64,000 nucleotides of DNA, taken from assembly GCA_046861395.1 (NCBI GenBank), contig JBHHUC010000003.1, positions 1-64,000 on the forward strand, given 5' to 3'. The notes under the pieces were generated by a model. It worked only from the letters and a program-made list of their open reading frames with translations. It was not told the DNA's origin and did not search any database. Source of the DNA: Fidelibacterota bacterium (GTDB lineage: Bacteria; Fidelibacterota; Marinisomatia; Marinisomatales; JABMOV01). Made by a program: the position numbers and the translations under genes. Below are positions 58,472-64,000 of this stretch, piece by piece (the first letter of the stretch is position 1; every line of letters starts with the position of its first letter).

Positions 58472-61400
58472 TTATAATTTCACCGTAAGACCAATTACGA
58501 TATCCCGCAGATTCAGAAAGGAAACGGGTTGGAGATTTGGCATATCAATATAGGCTTTGGTTTCAAGGATCTTTTTTTCCTCGGCCGTCAAATTATCCGG
58601 ATCCACCGGATCAAAGGGCTGGTAGGGTGTATCATAACTGCGGTACTCTCCCAGCCGATCATAGCCTTTCTCCTTGCCCTCTTCCCAGTCAAAATGCAAT
58701 GACTCAACATAGTTGATATAATCATAACTGTCGGCAAACCCGGCCGAATTCAAATACTTTTTATTCAACACATTTGTCACATCAATAAAGAAATTCACCC
58801 GCGCTGGTTTAAAGGAAAATGATTTTGCCAGGCGTAAATCCACGAACCATTTATTTTTCCATTGCACATTATCAACAATACCCGGTTTCCCGCTGGGATT
58901 GTAAGTGGAATAGGCGCCGGTTTCATAACTGTAAATCGTGCTGAAGACCCACCCTTCCAGAGGATAAACACCTGCAAAGTCTGGTCCAAATTTTTCGGGA
59001 GATGTGACGTTCAAAACAGCATTGATATATGGTTGCGGATGGGGACGCGATAATTGTGGATTTACCACTTCATATTCACGCTGGAGATTAGGATCTTCGT
59101 AATAGCTGGTTAAGCCGAAATATCCAGATGTTTTTACCAGATAGGTGTAATTAATGAATCCCGTGAACCAGTCACCCCGGACTTTTTCCAGGATAAATTC
59201 AATGCCGCGAATATCTTCATAATTATTATTAACCGCTTTCCGGTATTTGACCGAACCATTCAGGCTTTGATAATAAATCCAGCCGATTTGGTTGGTCACA
59301 TCTTTATAATACGCCGTTACATTCAGTAAGTATATTTCCCTTAAAATGCGACTGAAGCCCAGTTCATAGGCAATGGTCTTCTCATAGGCCAGGTTGGGAT
59401 TCCCCAAGTTAGTGACCAGCCCGTTGGATTCTCTTTGAATGCCAAAACGATATTGGGAATTCGGTTCGGAATAGAAATGCCCGTAATTAAAGAATAATTT
59501 CGATACCTCGGAAATAGGAAAGGAAATGCCCAGCCGTGGATTCAGTGAATTCTGAATATCCGGCTGGCGAGTTTTGGTAGAATCTTCAATCTCATTCCCC
59601 AATCCTTGACTGAGTTGCTCATCAAAGGGATTCAAAACATACTCAACCGTATTTGAACTGGAACGCTCTGCTCTCAGGCCAAGATTGGCAACAAACCCTT
59701 CAAATTCAATTTTATCCTGGAAATACAATGATAAACGATAGGGATCGACGGAATATACCAGATCGCGGTTCCAAGTGGACATTGAAGGATTCCTTGCAAA
59801 GGAAAAAACATCAAACCGATTCTGAATAAATTCAATGCCCGTCTTGATCAGGTTATTGGGGTTGATTTGATTGGTATAATCCAATTTCGCTATGGTAGCC
59901 GAAACCGTCGACTTGTCACGGCCGATATTCATCCACCCGCCAATATTCATACCGTCAATTCCAGAAACGCCGTAACCCCAATACCCGTAGGGTGCCTCAT
60001 CGACAAAATAATCCGTAAATAATTCGATGGTTCGAGACGTGTCCCGTAAGGGTGTCTGATATGTTTTATATCGTGAATTGGAATATTGAAAAATGCTTTC
60101 GATATAACTGCTCTGATCGATGATATAATTCAGTTTAATGCCCAGACCCGACCGATAAATTTCCGTGGGGGAATAATAACCCGGCATGAATAATACGGCT
60201 GCCGCGTTGGCATTCAGCAGATTGGCGACTGATTGATCGGATTTCAGCACATAGCCGGTGGGTGTAGTCGTCCAGTTATAGGGGGAAACGGAACCCGTTT
60301 CCTCATAATGTAATTCTGTTAGGATTTTTAATTTGTCTGAAGTGTCAATATTGAATTTCAGTCGTGTGTTGGCATTGGAATACCGGTCCTTGGACAACGG
60401 AAATATGAACATGGATTCTTCCGAATAATGGGATAAATAGAACCGGATCAGTCCCAATCCCGGCATTTCTCCCAGAGGACCACCAAGAGCCATATCAATG
60501 ACTCGATCCGGCTCATGAATATCCCCGTTGCGACGATGCTGCCAGAGAAATACTTGCTGAGCCTGCTGTGGCGTAAGGTCGTTTGTCGGATCGGCATCTT
60601 TCAATGTATTTTGCGAAATGGCATTCCAGCCCTCAAAGGCAGGGTACTGTTTTTGGGTATAATCATCCCATCCGCCGGACGAAGTTCCCGTCCAGCACAC
60701 CGTCGAATCCAGGTAGGGACGTAAAAAATAGGAATCAGGATCATAAAGCGACGGTCCGAAATGCTTGGGACCCGGCGGACGGTAATACAGGGCAGCCGCC
60801 CCATGGTACCGATCACGGCTCCCTTCTTTATTCACAATATTGATGATTCCGGAACGCACGTTCCCGTACTCAGCATTAAAACCGCCGGATTGAACCTGTA
60901 TATCGGTCAAGCCAAGCAGCGATGTCGTGGTCACAGGCGTGAAACTTCTGGCGTCGTTCTGAAGAAATCCATCAATATATACGCCGGCCTGGTTCGCAGC
61001 GCTGCCCCGAATAGACAATCCCCGCAACCCGGCCTGTAAACCAAGAACCTGGTCCACATCGGAAACAGGCATTTTCTCAATTGATTCTGAAGTAATGGAA
61101 ATGGTACTGGCGGACACATCCGGTTCCACATAGCGACGTTCGGCAGTAACCGTCACTTCACTTAATTCCACTGCTTCCAGTTGCATACTCAGATTGATCT
61201 GGGTCGTCTGATCGATTTCGACACGCACATCATTGACAATTAACGTGGCATAGCCAATAATTTGCGCATAGAGAGAATAATTTCCGGGAGGAATATTTAG
61301 TAATGTATAGAACCCGTCAGTCTGAGATACCGCGCCGGCACCGATATTTGGCAAATACACATTTACACCCGGTAAGGGATCATTTGTTTCGGATGATGTG

Positions 61401-61489
61401 ACAATTCCGGAGATTTTACCGGTTACACCGGCCAGGGAAATGGTAATAAATAATAATGAGATTATTACATATTTCCCATGGTTCCACAT
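58472..61489 (-). CDS. TonB-dependent receptor with carboxypeptidase-regulatory-like N-domain
   Basis: TGKISG...PLPGVNV, SIRGS...YIDG, SGGFNAEYGNVRSGIIN, PRLGISFPI, EKTIAYELG, YYKD. Confidence 0.92.
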   Translation of the reverse strand: MWNHGKYVIISLLFITISLAGVTGKISGIVTSSETNDPLPGVNVYLPNIGAGAVSQTDGFYTLLNIPPGNYSLYAQIIGYATLIVNDVRVEIDQTTQINLSMQLEAVELSEVTVTAERRYVEPDVSASTISITSESIEKMPVSDVDQVLGLQAGLRGLSIRGSAANQAGVYIDGFLQNDARSFTPVTTTSLLGLTDIQVQSGGFNAEYGNVRSGIINIVNKEGSRDRYHGAAALYYRPPGPKHFGPSLYDPDSYFLRPYLDSTVCWTGTSSGGWDDYTQKQYPAFEGWNAISQNTLKDADPTNDLTPQQAQQVFLWQHRRNGDIHEPDRVIDMALGGPLGEMPGLGLIRFYLSHYSEESMFIFPLSKDRYSNANTRLKFNIDTSDKLKILTELHYEETGSVSPYNWTTTPTGYVLKSDQSVANLLNANAAAVLFMPGYYSPTEIYRSGLGIKLNYIIDQSSYIESIFQYSNSRYKTYQTPLRDTSRTIELFTDYFVDEAPYGYWGYGVSGIDGMNIGGWMNIGRDKSTVSATIAKLDYTNQINPNNLIKTGIEFIQNRFDVFSFARNPSMSTWNRDLVYSVDPYRLSLYFQDKIEFEGFVANLGLRAERSSSNTVEYVLNPFDEQLSQGLGNEIEDSTKTRQPDIQNSLNPRLGISFPISEVSKLFFNYGHFYSEPNSQYRFGIQRESNGLVTNLGNPNLAYEKTIAYELGFSRILREIYLLNVTAYYKDVTNQIGWIYYQSLNGSVKYRKAVNNNYEDIRGIEFILEKVRGDWFTGFINYTYLVKTSGYFGLTSYYEDPNLQREYEVVNPQLSRPHPQPYINAVLNVTSPEKFGPDFAGVYPLEGWVFSTIYSYETGAYSTYNPSGKPGIVDNVQWKNKWFVDLRLAKSFSFKPARVNFFIDVTNVLNKKYLNSAGFADSYDYINYVESLHFDWEEGKEKGYDRLGEYRSYDTPYQPFDPVDPDNLTAEEKKILETKAYIDMPNLQPVSFLNLRDIVIGLTVKL

Positions 61490-61498
61490 TATAAAAGC

Positions 61499-62815
61499 CT
61501 AGTTCGTCCGACCGTAGTATGGTGCTCCCTGTTTGGTCATATCCACTCGGAATAGCCCTTTGTAATTCACGGGATTATAATCCCAGGAAGCACCATCGGG
61601 AACAGTGGCTGTATTTCGGCTGTTCACATAGAGGTAGTTATTGTTTCCCCAGGTAAGTTTGGTGGCCGGGGCTGGCAAGACTTCGGCATAGATCGGTTCC
61701 GGTGTGGCATCGGCATACGGAGGCGAAACCTTATACAGGGCCGGCCCCAGACTGGCCAGCGAAGATGGATCAATGTAATCCACGCCGACAATCAATGTAC
61801 CGTCAAGTGCAAATGTTAAATCAAATGGTTTTGTAGCATCTGCTCCCAGAGCGGCTTCCCAATCCAACAACAATTCTACGGGACCCAACGAATCAGAGCT
61901 GACGATTGCTGTGCGATAGATACCATAGAGCACAGCCGTGGTGTCCGACCCGATGTATTCTCCGATGACGTAAACATAATCTTCAAAAACACGAATGGCG
62001 TTTAAATGCACGTCGTCGGGAAATGTGACGGCACTGGTAAAGGATGATTCACCGGCTCCCAAATTGATCCGGTATAAGACATTCCGTCGGCCGCCGGCAT
62101 ACATATTTCCATATGAATCGAAATCCAGATCATAGGCCCGTGTATTACTGGGGAGCCGTACGATATTGTTGGCGTCATTCCCTTCGTCAACCTCATAAAT
62201 ATTCTTATGTGACATGGCCAGAATCAGCGAACTGTTCGCCGCATAATAGCGCATTCCAATCGCTTTCTGTTTTGCCGAATGAGCCGCAAAGGTTACTGAA
62301 TCCGCCTCTCCGTTGGGAAACACCCGCAGGATTTCCCTGTTTTCCGATTCGGAAACAAAAAGATTTTCGCTGTTATCGATGGCAATGGCCCAGAGGTTCG
62401 TACCCAACGGATCAAACCCGCCCCAGGAAACAACGGCCGGAAATAGCTTATAGTTATCCCACTCCGCAAATTCATAGGCCCCGATGACGGAAATCTGAAT
62501 TTTAACGCTGTCGGCCACAAGGTTCGGCGCTTTGACGACTAATTCGGTGGCAGATAGGGACTGAATTTCGCCGGGATTCCCGTTGAAATAGATTTGGCAG
62601 CGATTGATATCGGAACCAAAATTTTCTCCCGTTATCGTCAGGATTCCAATCCCGGCAAAGGCCGAATCCGCCGGAGCAATTGACGTGATAACCGGGTCGG
62701 GTAAAACGTCCGGATTATCATTATATATTTTTTCCGGATAATTGGGACTCTCACAACTGAAGAGTCCAATGGTTATCAGTCCTAAAATCAACGTAAATCG
62801 TTTCATGATCAGCAT
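61499..62815 (-). CDS. IPT/TIG domain lipoprotein with propeller-like C-terminus
   Basis: LFSC lipobox, PVITSIAP...LTITGENF IPT motif, AIDNSENLFV and DFDSYGNMY blades. Confidence 0.8.
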   Translation of the reverse strand: MLIMKRFTLILGLITIGLFSCESPNYPEKIYNDNPDVLPDPVITSIAPADSAFAGIGILTITGENFGSDINRCQIYFNGNPGEIQSLSATELVVKAPNLVADSVKIQISVIGAYEFAEWDNYKLFPAVVSWGGFDPLGTNLWAIAIDNSENLFVSESENREILRVFPNGEADSVTFAAHSAKQKAIGMRYYAANSSLILAMSHKNIYEVDEGNDANNIVRLPSNTRAYDLDFDSYGNMYAGGRRNVLYRINLGAGESSFTSAVTFPDDVHLNAIRVFEDYVYVIGEYIGSDTTAVLYGIYRTAIVSSDSLGPVELLLDWEAALGADATKPFDLTFALDGTLIVGVDYIDPSSLASLGPALYKVSPPYADATPEPIYAEVLPAPATKLTWGNNNYLYVNSRNTATVPDGASWDYNPVNYKGLFRVDMTKQGAPYYGRTN

Positions 62816-62826
62816 CCTTTTATCAC

Positions 62827-63846
62827 TTATAATGTGATCTGATAAGATAATTGATGGATATTATTAAAGACGCCGAAAGGCGTAAAGGCATAGTCGATGG
62901 AAATTCCCCGCTCCTTGCGGTTCAGTTGGATTCCAACGCCATAGGTCAATGAGCGTTCATCATAATTCCCGTAATACCCGGCCCGCAGGAATAAGACCGA
63001 AAGGGGATTGTATTCCATGCCAATATTCAAACGTTCGGCATAGGACCGGGGATGTAGTGCGTCAATCGACAGCATAAAGCGAGCATCAGGATTGAGTGGG
63101 GTTTTTAACAGAGATAAGAATGAAAACTGGGCCAGATCAACGGAGCCGCCCAAGGCAAATGTCAGGGGCAACTGAAATCCTTCATTCTGATATTTGATTT
63201 CCTGCGAGAAATTCCTGACGGTCATACCGAAGGAAAAATCTTTCCAGCCCGTTTCATAGATGGTCCCGAAATCATAGGCCATAGTGGAAACCCAGTTCTT
63301 AATGGTTGTATTGGTGGAATCCGTTTCTGGGATGACACTACGTCCTAGATACTGGTAGGTTGATTTCACGTGACCACCGACAGAAAATTTATCGGATAAC
63401 GCCTTGGCATACCCTATGCCGACAGCCAAGGCCGTTGGTTGCATGATTTCGGTATCAATATAGCCGGCATCATTTTCCCAGACCATTGTTCCCTGAATCT
63501 TGCCATAGTCCACGGATTGCGCACTGAAGGCAAATACACCGTATTTCCCTTGTGCCGGGACAATACTGACACTGGCCGTTATATAATTTATATCGGCAAT
63601 GAATGAATTTTGGCTGAAGTTCGCTGACAGAAAATTCTTTGTTCGTGCCATCCCGGCCGGATTAAAGAATACCGAATTGGAATACCCCTTCATCGTGGTC
63701 ATTGCCTCCGCCATGGCGGTAGCACGGGCATCAGAGGCGACACTCAAGAACTGAAACCCAGTTTGAGCCAGCTTTATGTCCCCGGATATGGCCAGCGTAG
63801 ATAATAAACTCATTGCAGCGATTGTTTTTATGAATGATGCCTTCAT
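62827..63846 (-). CDS. PorV/PorQ-family outer-membrane beta-barrel
   Basis: KLAQTGFQFLSVASDARATAMAEA, FFNPAG, QLPLTF, DALHP, LRAGY, IDYAF; paralogous to 36608-37651. Confidence 0.82.
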   Translation of the reverse strand: MKASFIKTIAAMSLLSTLAISGDIKLAQTGFQFLSVASDARATAMAEAMTTMKGYSNSVFFNPAGMARTKNFLSANFSQNSFIADINYITASVSIVPAQGKYGVFAFSAQSVDYGKIQGTMVWENDAGYIDTEIMQPTALAVGIGYAKALSDKFSVGGHVKSTYQYLGRSVIPETDSTNTTIKNWVSTMAYDFGTIYETGWKDFSFGMTVRNFSQEIKYQNEGFQLPLTFALGGSVDLAQFSFLSLLKTPLNPDARFMLSIDALHPRSYAERLNIGMEYNPLSVLFLRAGYYGNYDERSLTYGVGIQLNRKERGISIDYAFTPFGVFNNIHQLSYQITL

Positions 63847-63849
63847 CGC

Positions 63850-64000
63850 TTATTCCTTATTTAACACGATCATTTTAAACCCGCGTCCTTCCTCCATTGC
63901 CAACCGAACCAAGAATTGTCCGGCTGTCAATACATATTCCTTCCGCCCGACAATTTCATTGCAGGCAGCAATTGTTTCCAGGTCCAACGTAACCGGTTCA
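63850..64000 (-). CDS. 3' end of an unidentified CDS entering from the right edge
   Basis: Open frame ...EPVTLDLETIAACNEIVGRKEYVLTAGQFLVRLAMEEGRGFKMIVLNKE*, stop 3 nt before the next ATG. Confidence 0.55.
   Translation of the reverse strand, partial: EPVTLDLETIAACNEIVGRKEYVLTAGQFLVRLAMEEGRGFKMIVLNKE

Noticed and set aside
1..64000. CRISPR arrays, rRNA, tRNA, prophage or IS elements
   Set aside because: None recognised; intergenic spaces are short and lack periodic repeats

Overview
Gene-dense bacterial window. The architecture (PorV-like barrels, TonB-dependent receptors without SusD, YPNPFN-type C-terminal sorting domains) suggests an FCB-superphylum diderm such as Marinimicrobia/KSB1/Calditrichota; this is inference, not a search result. 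From left to right: (1) a partial type I R-M methyltransferase gene hsdM (minus strand, missed by the ORF track) at a probable island edge. (2) GNAT, dusB, then pruA - arginine-synthetase-like P-loop protein - arcC - sucCD - ndk. (3) The core yceD-rpmF-plsX-fabHDG-acpP-fabF-rnc cluster and a PGM/polyprenyl synthase/PGI-PMI/DUF151 operon. (4) About 40 kb (23-64 kb) dominated by peptidoglycan-processing enzymes (M23, DacB, LdcA, amidase, GHL10, AnmK, NagB-deacetylase fusion), SpmAB, seven proteins with C-terminal sorting domains, and two TonB receptor/large CTD protein/PorV-like modules. The best candidate for an undescribed system is this putative SusD-independent peptidoglycan-foraging locus. 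Sequence-level oddities are an apparently exact 963-bp intragenic duplication, a frame break in the GHL10 gene and a possible ATT start. No rRNA, tRNA, CRISPR array or IS element was recognised. All product calls come from motif recognition only.
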